Counted from the first letter of the stretch, positions 38,369 to 48,351 are shown. The stretch is 64,000 nucleotides of DNA from a bacterium (GCA_037147175.1 JBAWVS010000003.1:9864-73863); one strand, 5' to 3'. Notes: a model not told the origin generated them from the letters alone. Program-made: numbers and translations.

Positions 38369-40530
38369 CTTTCCATCTCCAATTCAATAGATTTATCATA
38401 TAAATTAAATAATTTTTTTAAATCAAAGCTGTTTCCGTCAAATTCAAAAACGTTATCCACGCAATTACCGAGTATTTTATATTGAACTTGTTTAGATTGA
38501 AGAATTTTTTCTGCTTTTTCGGGTTCATTTGTTGAAATTACATATCTTCCTGCAACTTCACCCAAAAGCGCTTTTTCCTGGTCTTTACAGAAGATAAGAC
38601 TGCCTTTAAATCCTGTATTCCCATTTCTTACGCCTTCAAAGACTGCTCCGAAAAGCCCGCCTTCTGAAACATCAACGCATCCACCGATAACTTTATTATC
38701 TCTCAGGTCAAATATGGTTTCTTGAAGTTGTTTTTCAAGTTCTGCGTTTGTTTTATCTACTTCTCCACCAATAAAATCGTATATAACTCTTTGATAAAGA
38801 GAGCCGCCTATATTTGATTCATCGTTAATTTCTTTACCCAATAAAATCAAAGTTTCATCAGTAGAAAAAGCAGCTTTTATAAGCTTTTCTGCCGAATCTG
38901 CATATCCGACCATCCCTATTGTCGGGGTTGGAAATACACGTCTTTCCGAGGATTCATTATAAAAAGAAACATTACCTGAAACCACAGGGACACCTTCTTC
39001 TCTACAGGCATCCGCAATTCCTTCTATTGATTTTACAAACTGGTAAGCAACTTCGTCTTTTTCGGGGTTGCCGTAATTTAAACAATTTGTAACGCCTAAA
39101 GGCTTAAACCCACTCGAAATAAGGTTTCTGCAACATTCCCAAACCGTATTTTTTCCGCCTTCATAAGGATTCAGAAAAACCTGTCTTCCGTTTGAATCTA
39201 TTGCAAGCCCCATAACACCGCCTTCTTCATGTATCCATATTCCTGCTGCTCCTGCCTGAGACGGTTTCAATGATGTTCTTGTTCCAACGGTATGGTCATA
39301 TTGTCTATAGACCCATCTTTTAGAAGCAAAATTGGGGTCAGATACAATTTTTTCAATGGATTCATTAATAGGCATGGTTTTATTATGCGTTAAATTTCTA
39401 TACTCATTTATGTATTCAGGTTCTTCTTCATTCAAAGAGTATTTAGGCGCTTCAGCAAGGATTTCCGGCGGAAGATCCGCAACTTCTTCACCATGCCAGA
39501 ATAGCCTGTATCTGCCTGTTTCGGTGGTTTTACCTATAATACTTGCAGGGATTTCATATTTTTTGGCTATATTAAGAACTTTTTCAACGCCGTCTTCTTC
39601 TACAACGAAAAGCATCCGCTCCTGCGACTCTGAAAGCATAATTTCCCAGGGTTTCATATCATTTTCTCTCAAATGAACTTTATCAAGATGAAGGTCTATG
39701 CCACATTCGCCTTTATAAGCCATTTCGGAGGAAGATGATAAGAGTCCCGCTGCTCCGTAATCCTGACAGCTTTGAACTTCTTTTAAATCGAGAATTTCAA
39801 GTGTAGCTTCGGTTAAAACTTTTTTAATAAATGGATCACCCACTTGTACAGAAGGTCTGTCCTCTTTGGAGTTTTCATTAAGCTCTTTGGAAGCAAAAGA
39901 AGCACCATGAATACCATCACGCCCGGTATGTGAGCCTACTGCAATTACAATTTTGTTTGGTTCTGCTTTTGCTGATCTGATTTTATCTTTTTTTACAATC
40001 CCCACCGCCATAACGTTTACAAGGGGAGAATCTGTATAAGACTCATCAAAACCAACTTCTCCGGCTACTGTGGGAACTCCTATGCAATTTCCGTAGTGGG
40101 AAATACCTTGAACAACACCGTCGAAAATATGTTTTGAAAAATTATTAGTGATTTTGCCGAATTTTAATGAATCCAAGAGGGCAATAGGTCTTGCGCCGAT
40201 TGCGAGAATATCCCTAATAATCCCTCCAATCCCTGTAGCAGCACCTTGAAAAGGTTCTACAGCCGAGGGATGATTATGAGATTCAACTTTAAAAACTATT
40301 ACATGCTCACCAATCTGAACACCGCCTGCATTTTCACCGTGAGTTACCGCACCGCCTAAGGGGAATTTGGACAAATATTTTCTTGAGTGCATATAACCGC
40401 AGTGTTCTGACCACATAGCAGAAAACAAATAAGTCTCCAGCTTGTTTGGCTCTCTTCCCAGCCTTTTTTGAATTTCAGTATATTCAAAATCCGTTAAACC
40501 AAGTGCTTTATATAGTTCAAGTGTTTGCAT
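38365..40530 (-). CDS. purL: Phosphoribosylformylglycinamidine synthase subunit PurL (small type)
   Basis: 721 aa. Motifs ESHNHPSAVEPFQGAATGIGG and SESQERML. 4-nt overlap with purF. Operon with purS and purQ. Confidence 0.95.
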   Translation of the reverse strand: MQTLELYKALGLTDFEYTEIQKRLGREPNKLETYLFSAMWSEHCGYMHSRKYLSKFPLGGAVTHGENAGGVQIGEHVIVFKVESHNHPSAVEPFQGAATGIGGIIRDILAIGARPIALLDSLKFGKITNNFSKHIFDGVVQGISHYGNCIGVPTVAGEVGFDESYTDSPLVNVMAVGIVKKDKIRSAKAEPNKIVIAVGSHTGRDGIHGASFASKELNENSKEDRPSVQVGDPFIKKVLTEATLEILDLKEVQSCQDYGAAGLLSSSSEMAYKGECGIDLHLDKVHLRENDMKPWEIMLSESQERMLFVVEEDGVEKVLNIAKKYEIPASIIGKTTETGRYRLFWHGEEVADLPPEILAEAPKYSLNEEEPEYINEYRNLTHNKTMPINESIEKIVSDPNFASKRWVYRQYDHTVGTRTSLKPSQAGAAGIWIHEEGGVMGLAIDSNGRQVFLNPYEGGKNTVWECCRNLISSGFKPLGVTNCLNYGNPEKDEVAYQFVKSIEGIADACREEGVPVVSGNVSFYNESSERRVFPTPTIGMVGYADSAEKLIKAAFSTDETLILLGKEINDESNIGGSLYQRVIYDFIGGEVDKTNAELEKQLQETIFDLRDNKVIGGCVDVSEGGLFGAVFEGVRNGNTGFKGSLIFCKDQEKALLGEVAGRYVISTNEPEKAEKILQSKQVQYKILGNCVDNVFEFDGNSFDLKKLFNLYDKSIELEMER

Positions 40531-40532
40531 AA

Positions 40533-41201
40533 TTATTTTATTCCTCCGGATAGTACTTTCCCTTTGATTTGGGAGTCTATCATCTCAAAAAAAGCTCTTC
40601 CGTCTGTATTTCCTGTTTCTAAGAAGATAGCTCTCTCCGGATGCGGCATCATTCCTATAATGTTGTTTTCTCTATCCCAAAGCCCTGCTATATCTTCCAC
40701 AGAACCATTAGGATTACTTGTATATTTTAGAAAATCAATTTTTTTAGATTTAATTTCCTGTAAAGTGCTTTCATCTGCGATATATCTACCTTCACCATGG
40801 GCAATAGGCAGGGATATTTCTTTATTTTCAAACAAAAGCCCTGTTTCTTCGCAAATAAATTTTGTATTATCGTTTACAGACAAAATACCAGGAAGAAGTT
40901 TTGCTTCGCACAGAATCTGAAATCCGTTGCATATACCAACTAAAAAACCTTCTTTTTTGCCTATATAGTTGCTTAATGCCATTACAACAGGGCTAAACCT
41001 TGCCAATCTGCCTGCTCTGATATAATCTCCATAGGAAAAACCGCCAGGTAAAAAGACAATATCATATTTTTCAAGGGAAGTTTCATCATGCCAGATAAAA
41101 CTTGTTTCCCAGCCGAAATATTCGCAAGCACGCTTGGTGTCTACATCACAGTTTGTTCCCGGAAATACAACTACGCCTGCTTTTATCTTTTCGCCTTTCA
41201 T
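40533..41201 (-). CDS. purQ: Phosphoribosylformylglycinamidine synthase glutaminase subunit PurQ
   Basis: Motifs: FPGTNCD, LPGGFSYGDY, GICNGFQIL (Cys nucleophile), MMPHPER. Confidence 0.95.
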   Translation of the reverse strand: MKGEKIKAGVVVFPGTNCDVDTKRACEYFGWETSFIWHDETSLEKYDIVFLPGGFSYGDYIRAGRLARFSPVVMALSNYIGKKEGFLVGICNGFQILCEAKLLPGILSVNDNTKFICEETGLLFENKEISLPIAHGEGRYIADESTLQEIKSKKIDFLKYTSNPNGSVEDIAGLWDRENNIIGMMPHPERAIFLETGNTDGRAFFEMIDSQIKGKVLSGGIK

Positions 41202-41455
41202 ACTTCCAAAAACCTTTCAACTTCATAACGCTCAAGTACAGGATTTGAAAGAACGTCTTCACAGATTTTACTTAATTTTTCTCTGGCATCTAATTCATTG
41301 CTGCCATTGACTGAAAGTGTAAAAAACTTTCCTACCTGAACTTCTGCGTTTTCTTCCAGTCCTGTTCTTCTTAAAACAGTATCAACAGCTGTACCTTGCG
41401 GATCTCTGACACCTTTTTTCAAAGTAACTATAACGTCTGCTTTATATTTTTTCAT
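41198..41455 (-). CDS. purS: Phosphoribosylformylglycinamidine synthase subunit PurS
   Basis: 85 aa. Start of the type K..V.V.LK.GV.DPQG. 4-nt overlap with purQ. Confidence 0.9.
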   Translation of the reverse strand: MKKYKADVIVTLKKGVRDPQGTAVDTVLRRTGLEENAEVQVGKFFTLSVNGSNELDAREKLSKICEDVLSNPVLERYEVERFLEV

Positions 41456-41530
41456 GTTGTTTTTCTACTCCATGTTTTGCAAAACTATAAAATTATCATA
41501 TCGGGATTTCGTTGCTAATCACAACTACAG

Positions 41531-42250
41531 TTAAATTTCTATATTTAAAAGATCTGCCAGTTTTTTGTAAGAAGTTACCAAATCACCTTTTTCTTCTCGA
41601 TAAACATCTTTATCAAGAGATTCCATCGTTTTTTTAACCCAAAAACGACAGGTATCGGGAGAAATTTCATCAGCTAGAATTATTTCTCCGTCATCAGTTT
41701 TTCCAAATTCTAATTTGAAATCCGCTAATATTATACCAAAAGAATCCATGTGTCCGGAAATTATTGCATTGATTTCCAGAGCCGTTTCTTCAATTTGAGC
41801 CAACTCTTCTTCTGTTACGGTATTCATATATCGAATATGTTCTTTGCAAAGAATTGGGTCGCCTAGCGAATCATCCTTGAGATAAAATTCGCAAAGAGGC
41901 GGTGTAAAAACCATCCCTTTCTCAAATCCCAGTCTTCTGCAAATAGAACCTGCCGCAAAGTTTCTGACAACAACTTCCAGCGGGACAATATCAACTTTTC
42001 TGGCTTTCAGAGAAACATCATCGATAAATGAAACTATATGGGTTTTTACATTGTGAGAGTGAAGTAATTCAAAAAAATATCGTGTGAACGCAAGATTCAC
42101 ACGACCTTTATCTAAAAAACTATCTTTTTTCTCACCGTTAAACGCTGTAGCATCATCCTTGAAAGATATTATAACCTCTTTTGGATTCTCTGTGGCAAAT
42201 ATTTTTTTTGCCTTGCCTTCATAAAGCATTGTTAGCATCATTTTTGGCAC
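41531..42250 (-). CDS. purC: SAICAR synthetase (PurC); the real start is probably one of the internal ATGs a few codons in
   Basis: Motifs: LYEGKAKKIF, LEVVVRNFAAGS, DEISPDTCRFW. Confidence 0.95.
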   Translation of the reverse strand: MPKMMLTMLYEGKAKKIFATENPKEVIISFKDDATAFNGEKKDSFLDKGRVNLAFTRYFFELLHSHNVKTHIVSFIDDVSLKARKVDIVPLEVVVRNFAAGSICRRLGFEKGMVFTPPLCEFYLKDDSLGDPILCKEHIRYMNTVTEEELAQIEETALEINAIISGHMDSFGIILADFKLEFGKTDDGEIILADEISPDTCRFWVKKTMESLDKDVYREEKGDLVTSYKKLADLLNIEI

Positions 42251-42301
42251 CTTTATTTTTTATTTTTAATTAACGGCATTTTTTTCTCATCCACATTTTT
42301 G

Positions 42302-42330
42302 AAATTATCACGCTTAAGATATAGAGTCAA
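42302..42330 (-). promoter_or_regulatory. Promoter of the purC-E operon: TTGACT - 17 nt (ending TGA) - TAATTT
   Basis: Read on the minus strand: -35 at 42330..42325, -10 at 42307..42302, with TGA immediately upstream of the -10. A near-identical copy lies at 42499..42527. Confidence 0.55.
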
Positions 42331-42372
42331 TAAATTGTAAGCTTTGGTAAATAAATTATTGCATAAAAAAAA

Positions 42373-42445
42373 TGCGCTATCCGCGATTCGAACGCGGGAC
42401 CTCTCCCTTAAAAGGGGATTGCTCTACCGGCTGAGCTAATAGCGC
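42373..42445 (-). tRNA. tRNA-Lys (anticodon UUU), no encoded CCA
   Basis: Folded by hand: GCGCTAT/ATAGCGC acceptor stem, GCTC/GAGC D stem, anticodon loop CTTTTAA, variable loop AGGTC, CCGCG-TTCGAAT-CGCGG T arm, discriminator A. Confidence 0.9.
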
Positions 42446-42498
42446 ATTTCTTATTCGAATTTTCAGTTAATTAGAAGTTTTGTGTCATCCACATACTT

Positions 42499-42527
42499 AA
42501 ATTACCAAGAGCATAATTTGAAGTCAA
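42499..42527 (-). promoter_or_regulatory. Promoter of tRNA-Lys: TTGACT - 17 nt - TAATTT
   Basis: -35 at 42527..42522, -10 at 42504..42499. The tRNA 5' end lies about 54 nt downstream. Confidence 0.55.
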
Positions 42528-42555
42528 GTATAAATCGTCATATTTATAAGAGGAT

Positions 42556-43860
42556 TTATACTCCCGCTTTACATTTCAAAGGACTATTCAGCATAATAGT
42601 CTGGTCTCTATTTGCGCCGACGCTAATTATAGAAATTTGCACTCCTATAATTTCTTCAAGTCTTTTTATATATTTTTGCGCATTTTCAGGAAGGTCTTCG
42701 TAGTTTTTTATTTCCGAAATATTTTGCATCCAGCCGTCCATGGTTTCATAAATAGGATCAAGATATTTATGAAGGCTTGTTATTGACGGATAATATTCAT
42801 AAATTCTTCCATCTCTTCTATCTTCATAACCTACACAAATTTTAATTTCTTCAAAAGAATCGAAAACATCGAGTTTTGTGAGGGCAATATCTGTTAAACC
42901 GTTTAACAGAGTGGAATATTTTGCAGCTATTGCATCGAACCAGCCGCACCTTCTTTTTCTTCCTGTTGTAGTACCGAATTCATCGCCAATCTGTTGAATT
43001 TTTTCTCCGAATATATCGCCCAATTCCGTTGCAAAAGGACCTTCTCCTACTCTTGTTACATAAGCCTTAAATACGCCTATAACTTTATCCAGATATGTCG
43101 GACCAATCCCGCTGCCATTGCATGCTCCTCCTGCTATAGGACTGGAACTGGTTACATAAGGATATGTTCCATGGTCAATATCCAGCATCGCACCTTGTGC
43201 GCCTTCAAAAAGAATGTTTTTATTCTCTAAAATTGCTTGCCTTAACAATTCGACAGTATCTTTCACATAAGGAGAAAGCATTTCTGAATATTTTTTGCAT
43301 ACTTCAAGAATTTCATCTTTATCATAAGTCTTACATCCGTAAGATTCTAACAGTTTGTTTTTCTTAGGGAGAACTATATCAATTTTTTCTTTTAAAATTT
43401 CTTCATCAAGAAGATCTTCTACCCTTATGCCTACTCTGTCTATTTTATCGACATAGGTAGGTCCGATTCCTCTTTTAGTTGTGCCTATTTTGTTTTTTCC
43501 AAGCGCGTTTTCATTTAATTCATCAATATCTATATGATACGGAAGCGTTACATGCGCTGAAGTACTAATGTACAGGCATGAAGTATCAATACCTTTTTCT
43601 TTTAATCCTTCAATTTCTTTATTCAAAACTTCAGGATTAATTACTGTTCCACAACCAATAATGCATGTTTTTCCTTTGTATAAAATTCCTGAAGGAATAA
43701 GATGAAATTTATATGTTTGACCGCCTGTAACTACAGTATGCCCTGCATTACATCCGCCTTGATACCTAACTACAAGATCGGCGTTTTCAGAGAGAAGATC
43801 AATAATCTTAGCCTTACCTTCATCTCCCCATTGCGCACCAACAACAACTGCATTAGTCAA
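42556..43860 (-). CDS. purA: Adenylosuccinate synthetase (PurA), TTG start
   Basis: Motifs: GAQWGDEGKAK, GGCNAGHTV, GTTKRGIGP, TTGRKRRCGW. AAGGAG 8 nt before the TTG. Confidence 0.97.
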   Translation of the reverse strand: MTNAVVVGAQWGDEGKAKIIDLLSENADLVVRYQGGCNAGHTVVTGGQTYKFHLIPSGILYKGKTCIIGCGTVINPEVLNKEIEGLKEKGIDTSCLYISTSAHVTLPYHIDIDELNENALGKNKIGTTKRGIGPTYVDKIDRVGIRVEDLLDEEILKEKIDIVLPKKNKLLESYGCKTYDKDEILEVCKKYSEMLSPYVKDTVELLRQAILENKNILFEGAQGAMLDIDHGTYPYVTSSSPIAGGACNGSGIGPTYLDKVIGVFKAYVTRVGEGPFATELGDIFGEKIQQIGDEFGTTTGRKRRCGWFDAIAAKYSTLLNGLTDIALTKLDVFDSFEEIKICVGYEDRRDGRIYEYYPSITSLHKYLDPIYETMDGWMQNISEIKNYEDLPENAQKYIKRLEEIIGVQISIISVGANRDQTIMLNSPLKCKAGV

Positions 43861-44025
43861 AGTTTTATCTCCTTTTTAGTTCTTGGTTTTCAAACAAATT
43901 TAGGCTGAATATGCCAACAGTATGTAGTATAAGCAAAGCATAGATTATCGTCAATTTTTATATAAAATAAGTTTATCAAAAAACGCCCATAACAAGCTAT
44001 ACGGCATTTTTTGCGAGTTGAATAT

Positions 44026-45276
44026 TTAAATTTGTTTTCTCAAATCAGCAGAAAGTTTGTGAGCCATAAGCCCTTCTATATTTGCCAGGTTGGAAGCAAC
44101 TGCGCATAAAGTATTTTGAGCTGCATTTTTTGAAATTTGCTGGTAAGTTTGGATTTTTACAAAATCCAGCGCACTTAAACCGCCTGTATATCTGGCAACT
44201 CCGTTTGTCGGCAGTATATGATTAGTTCCGCTGCAATAATCCCCGAAAACTTCCGCAGAATAATCGCCTATAAACAAAGAACCGTAGTTTTTGTATTTAT
44301 CAATGTCTTTTTCAGCATTTTTATAACAAATTTCCAGATGTTCAGGGGCTTTTCTATTAGATATTTCTATAGCTTGTTCAATATTTTCAACCAGAATTAC
44401 AATGCTTTTAGAGATAGATTTTGATGCTATTTCTCTTGTTTCAAGTGTTATCAAAAATTCTTCGACTTTTTTGATAACATCATTTGCAAATTTCTCTGAA
44501 GTTGTAACCAGATAAGCTCTTGCATCTGGATCATGTTCACATTGTGCCAGCATATCTGCCGCTATAAAAGATGGATTTGCTGTTTCATCTGCAATAATCA
44601 TAACTTCACTGGGTCCGGCAAGAAAATCAATTCCGCATACCCCGTAAACCTCTTTTTTTGCAGCAGTAACGTATTTATTACCCGGTCCGACTATTTTATC
44701 GACTTTAGGGATTGTTTTTGTGCCGTAAGCCATGCCCGCAATAGCCTGCACGCCGCCGATTCTAAAAATTCTGTCAACTCCTGCGAGTTTGCATGCTGTT
44801 ATTGTAGCAGGCTTAATTTTTGGACTGCAAACCGTAATTTCTTTCACTCCTGCGACTTTTGCGGGAATTACAGACATTATTACCGAAGAAGGAAGCGGAT
44901 AATTACCGCCGGGTACATAAGCCCCTATTCTTTCAAGAGGAATTACTTTATGCCCGAGCTTTACTCCGTTTATGTCGGTTTCTATATCTTTAATTACCGA
45001 GATTTGAGCTTTTGCAAAGTTTTTTACGTTTTCTATTGCCTGTTTTAATGAATTTTTTATTTCATCAGAAGTTTCATTATAGGCTTTTTCGATTTCCTCA
45101 GGTGTAACTTCAAGCTCTATAATATCTCCGTCTCCGAATTTTTTGCTGTGTTCTTTTATTGCATTATCACCACGATTTTTTACATCAGAAATTATTGAAG
45201 AAACCGATTCAATCCCGTCAAATTCCTGATATTTATAAAATTCTTCTGATAATTCGCTGTGTTTTATGAGTTTCAC
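44026..45276 (-). CDS. hisD: Histidinol dehydrogenase (HisD)
   Basis: Motifs: GPGNKYV, AQCEHDPDA, APEHLE, GDY..G.NHILPT. Confidence 0.95.
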   Translation of the reverse strand: MKLIKHSELSEEFYKYQEFDGIESVSSIISDVKNRGDNAIKEHSKKFGDGDIIELEVTPEEIEKAYNETSDEIKNSLKQAIENVKNFAKAQISVIKDIETDINGVKLGHKVIPLERIGAYVPGGNYPLPSSVIMSVIPAKVAGVKEITVCSPKIKPATITACKLAGVDRIFRIGGVQAIAGMAYGTKTIPKVDKIVGPGNKYVTAAKKEVYGVCGIDFLAGPSEVMIIADETANPSFIAADMLAQCEHDPDARAYLVTTSEKFANDVIKKVEEFLITLETREIASKSISKSIVILVENIEQAIEISNRKAPEHLEICYKNAEKDIDKYKNYGSLFIGDYSAEVFGDYCSGTNHILPTNGVARYTGGLSALDFVKIQTYQQISKNAAQNTLCAVASNLANIEGLMAHKLSADLRKQI

Positions 45277-45400
45277 AAACTAATTCCCTTGATATTACAA
45301 TAATTATAACTGATTGTTACGCTGAACTTGTTTAAACAATGCCTAATACAAAACAGATTGCCACGTCAGGGCATCGCCACTTCTCGCAATGACAAATAGT

Positions 45401-46630
45401 TTATTTTCTTCGAGAAGAAAGATGATTTTTTACATCTTCAAGTGTCACACCATATTTAACCATTAAAGTCATTACAAAATAGGTCAAATCTGACACTTCC
45501 CAGATTAATTCGTCTTTATTTGTTGCATGAATTACTTCAAAAGCTTCTTCATTTATTTTACGCTTAAGAAAAACTTCATCTTTAAAAAGCTTTGTAGTGA
45601 ACGAATCTTCCGGAAGCTCTTTAAATCTGCTTTCAAGAACTTTATACAATTCATCCAGATCAAAGTTTCTCTCTCCAAAGCAGGTTTCACTGCCTGTATG
45701 ACATGCCGGTCCTGTTTGTTCAACTACATACAACAAAGAATCTCTGTCGCAGTCATATTTAACTTTTATTAATTTTTGGGTATTGCCTGAAGATTCACCT
45801 TTTGTCCAGAGAGATTTTCTTGAACGTGAATAATAAGTTGCTTTTCCCGTCTTAAGTGCTTTTGTAACAGCCTCTTTATTGCTGTATGCAAGCATTAAAA
45901 CCTCTTTTGAACTTATATCTTGAACAACTGTGGGGATTAAGCCTTTCCCCTTCTCAAAATCAAGCAGAGCAACATAAGCTTCTTCCAAACTTATTTTCCC
46001 TGTATAAATACTCATTCCGAGCTGGCAACCTGCACCAATCTTGTCAAGTTCGACTATTTCTTCTATAGAACTTATGCCGCCGGCAGCTATGAGTTCTTTA
46101 TCGGTGATTGAACGGATATGTTTTATTGCTTCAACATCTGTTCCGCCCATCATTCCTTCTTTTTCCACGATTGTGTACAGATAGCCCGAACAAAGTTTAT
46201 CAAATCTTCTTACGAGTTCCTCTGCGGTATTTGCTGTTTCTGTTTGCCAACCGCGCGTTACAATTTTTCCGTTTCTTGTATCTATTGCCAGAAGGACTTT
46301 ATCTCTTGGAAGTTGACTTAAAAACAATTCTGATGCTGCTGTACCTATAATAATTTTCTTAGCGCCATAAGACAGAATTTCTTTAGCTTTTTCAATAGTT
46401 CTTATCCCACCGCCAACACGGCAATCAGCAACTTTGCAAAGTTCTTTTATAAGCTCTGTATTATTTCCTTTGCCCATTGCAGCATCAAGATCAATAACCG
46501 CAATTTCTCCAAAACGTCCAAAATACTCCGCAAGTTCAAAAACATCTTCTCTTTCAACAACTTTTTCTTTGCCTTGTTTTAATTGGACTGCTTTTCCATC
46601 CATTATGTCTATGCTTGGGATAATCATCAA
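45401..46630 (-). CDS. hisA/hisIE: Trifunctional fusion HisA (ProFAR isomerase) + HisI (PR-AMP cyclohydrolase) + HisE (PR-ATP pyrophosphatase)
   Basis: HisA: [39 protein letters not shown]. HisI: [10 protein letters not shown]...[18 protein letters not shown]...[26 protein letters not shown]. HisE: FTTKLF...KINEEAFEV...[17 protein letters not shown]. Confidence 0.9.
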   Translation of the reverse strand: MMIIPSIDIMDGKAVQLKQGKEKVVEREDVFELAEYFGRFGEIAVIDLDAAMGKGNNTELIKELCKVADCRVGGGIRTIEKAKEILSYGAKKIIIGTAASELFLSQLPRDKVLLAIDTRNGKIVTRGWQTETANTAEELVRRFDKLCSGYLYTIVEKEGMMGGTDVEAIKHIRSITDKELIAAGGISSIEEIVELDKIGAGCQLGMSIYTGKISLEEAYVALLDFEKGKGLIPTVVQDISSKEVLMLAYSNKEAVTKALKTGKATYYSRSRKSLWTKGESSGNTQKLIKVKYDCDRDSLLYVVEQTGPACHTGSETCFGERNFDLDELYKVLESRFKELPEDSFTTKLFKDEVFLKRKINEEAFEVIHATNKDELIWEVSDLTYFVMTLMVKYGVTLEDVKNHLSSRRK

Positions 46631-46652
46631 ATAGTCCTTTCTCTTTCACTCT

Positions 46653-47414
46653 CTACTTTAATCTTGTAGGGATGCCTTTATTATACAAAAAATTCTTTAA
46701 ATCTTTAATTTTAACGGTATCAAAATGAAAAATTGAAGCTGCAAGCGCTGCATCTGCTGCTCCTTTTTCAAAAATATCGCTAAAATGCTCCATACTCGGA
46801 CCTGCACCACCGGAAGCAATAACAGGAAGATTTGTATTTAAAGAAACTGCTCTTGTAAGTTCAATATCAAAGCCGTTTTGGGTGCCGTCTGCATCCATTG
46901 AAGTAAGCAAAATTTCTCCCGCGCCGAGTTTTTCAACTTCTTTAACCCAATCAAGAACTTTCCATTGAGTTTTTTTTGTACCGGCATTAATGTAAACAAA
47001 CCATTCATTATTTTCTCTTTTCGCATCTATCGCAACAACTATACACTGGGAGCCGAATGCTTGGGAAGCTTTTTCTATAATTTCTGGGTTTACAACGGCA
47101 GCCGTATTTAAAGAAGCTTTATCCGCACCGGAAAGAAGGATTTTTCTAATATCTTCAAGAGTTCTGATTCCACCGCCGACTGTTAAAGGAATAAAAATCT
47201 GTTTAGCTACCTTTTCAACGACATTTCTCATTGTGTCGCGACCTTCATTGGTTGCAGTTATGTCAAGAAAAACTATTTCATCTGCACCTTCCTGCGAATA
47301 TCTTGCAGAAAGACTTACCGGATCTCCGGCATGCCTGAGATTAAGGAAGTTAACCCCTTTTACGGTTTGTCCGTCTTTTACATCAAGACATGGAATTATT
47401 CTTTTTGCCAGCAT
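46653..47414 (-). CDS. hisF: Imidazole glycerol phosphate synthase cyclase subunit (HisF)
   Basis: Motifs: [47 protein letters not shown]. Confidence 0.95.
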   Translation of the reverse strand: MLAKRIIPCLDVKDGQTVKGVNFLNLRHAGDPVSLSARYSQEGADEIVFLDITATNEGRDTMRNVVEKVAKQIFIPLTVGGGIRTLEDIRKILLSGADKASLNTAAVVNPEIIEKASQAFGSQCIVVAIDAKRENNEWFVYINAGTKKTQWKVLDWVKEVEKLGAGEILLTSMDADGTQNGFDIELTRAVSLNTNLPVIASGGAGPSMEHFSDIFEKGAADAALAASIFHFDTVKIKDLKNFLYNKGIPTRLK

Positions 47415-47590
47415 ATTTTGGTTCTCGAATAAATTAACATAATTTTATACTTATTTATTATAACTCAAAGCCTCAATTCCAAAACCATCTTATTTAAAAC
47501 AAATATTTAAAAAATATGCCTTTTTTTAAAACTTCATTAGAATATTTTCAAGTTGATACTTAATTAAAGTGGTTATATAAGGAGATAATT

Positions 47591-47779
47591 ATGAACAATA
47601 AACTGCAAACAAATCAAATTTATAATAAAATTGAACAGCTTAAAGAGCCTGAACACAGTGTTGCTTTAAATAAACTAACAACTAAAAGCAACAATATAAA
47701 AGCTATGATGAAGTTTAAATATTCAATTTGCAAATTAGAACGGACATGTACTTTTAATAAATTTCAATCCATCGTTTAA
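47591..47779 (+). CDS. Hypothetical 62-aa ORF antisense-oriented inside the hisH-hisF gap, overlapping the hisH 3' end by 26 nt
   Basis: AAGGAG 6 nt before the ATG. No recognisable motif. Confidence 0.3.
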   Translation: MNNKLQTNQIYNKIEQLKEPEHSVALNKLTTKSNNIKAMMKFKYSICKLERTCTFNKFQSIV

Positions 47780-48347
47780 AGAATTCAAAACCGACTTCAC
47801 CGCTCTTTTCAGGGTGAAACTGAAAAGCAGATACGTTTTTTGACTCAATTGATGCAACAAAATCGATATAATAATCTGAATAAGAAGAAATAATTTCTTT
47901 ATTTTCAGGAACGACATAATAAGAATTTACAAAATAAACGTACTCGTCAGTCAAAATACTGTTATTTTCAGTTGTTTTAAGTTTATTCCAACCAATTTGA
48001 GGAACTTTTCCTTCTGTAAATTTAACAACTTTTCCCGGAAAAATACTTAAACCTTTTACTCCCGGAGCTTCTTCGCTTTCTTCAAAAAGAACTTGAATGC
48101 CGAGACAAATTCCCAAAAAAGGAACACCCGAATTTATTTTATAAATTAAAGCATCAGTAAGACCTTTTGAGCTTAAAGACTCCATAAACTGCCCGAAATG
48201 CCCTTGCCCCGGAAGAATAATTTTATCAGCTTCCAGAATTTCCTCTTTTTTATCGGTCAATTTATACGTACAACCCAACTTATCGAGGATGTTGGTTACG
48301 CTTTTAATATTGCCTGCACCATAATCTAATACTATCAAACCGCTCAT
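47754..48347 (-). CDS. hisH: Imidazole glycerol phosphate synthase glutaminase subunit (HisH)
   Basis: Motifs: LDYGAGNIKSV, ILPGQGHFG, GICLGIQVL (Cys), FQFHPEKSG. Confidence 0.95.
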   Translation of the reverse strand: MSGLIVLDYGAGNIKSVTNILDKLGCTYKLTDKKEEILEADKIILPGQGHFGQFMESLSSKGLTDALIYKINSGVPFLGICLGIQVLFEESEEAPGVKGLSIFPGKVVKFTEGKVPQIGWNKLKTTENNSILTDEYVYFVNSYYVVPENKEIISSYSDYYIDFVASIESKNVSAFQFHPEKSGEVGFEFFKRWIEIY

Positions 48348-48351
48348 ATTC

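Noticed and set aside
42251-42372. Purine or ZTP riboswitch upstream of purC (GTGGAT recalled the purine-riboswitch L2 loop)
   Set aside because: There is no P2/P3 helix pair, no UUUCUACC/CCGUAAA-type core, and no ZTP GGGUCGUG...CCGCCUGGGC elements. The leader is only about 45 nt.
42251-42555. tRNA-Lys with flanking direct repeats as an integration site (att) of a mobile element
   Set aside because: The repeats are not derived from the tRNA 3' end. They resolve into two complete sigma-70-type promoters. No integrase or foreign-looking genes adjoin: purA and purC flank the tRNA.
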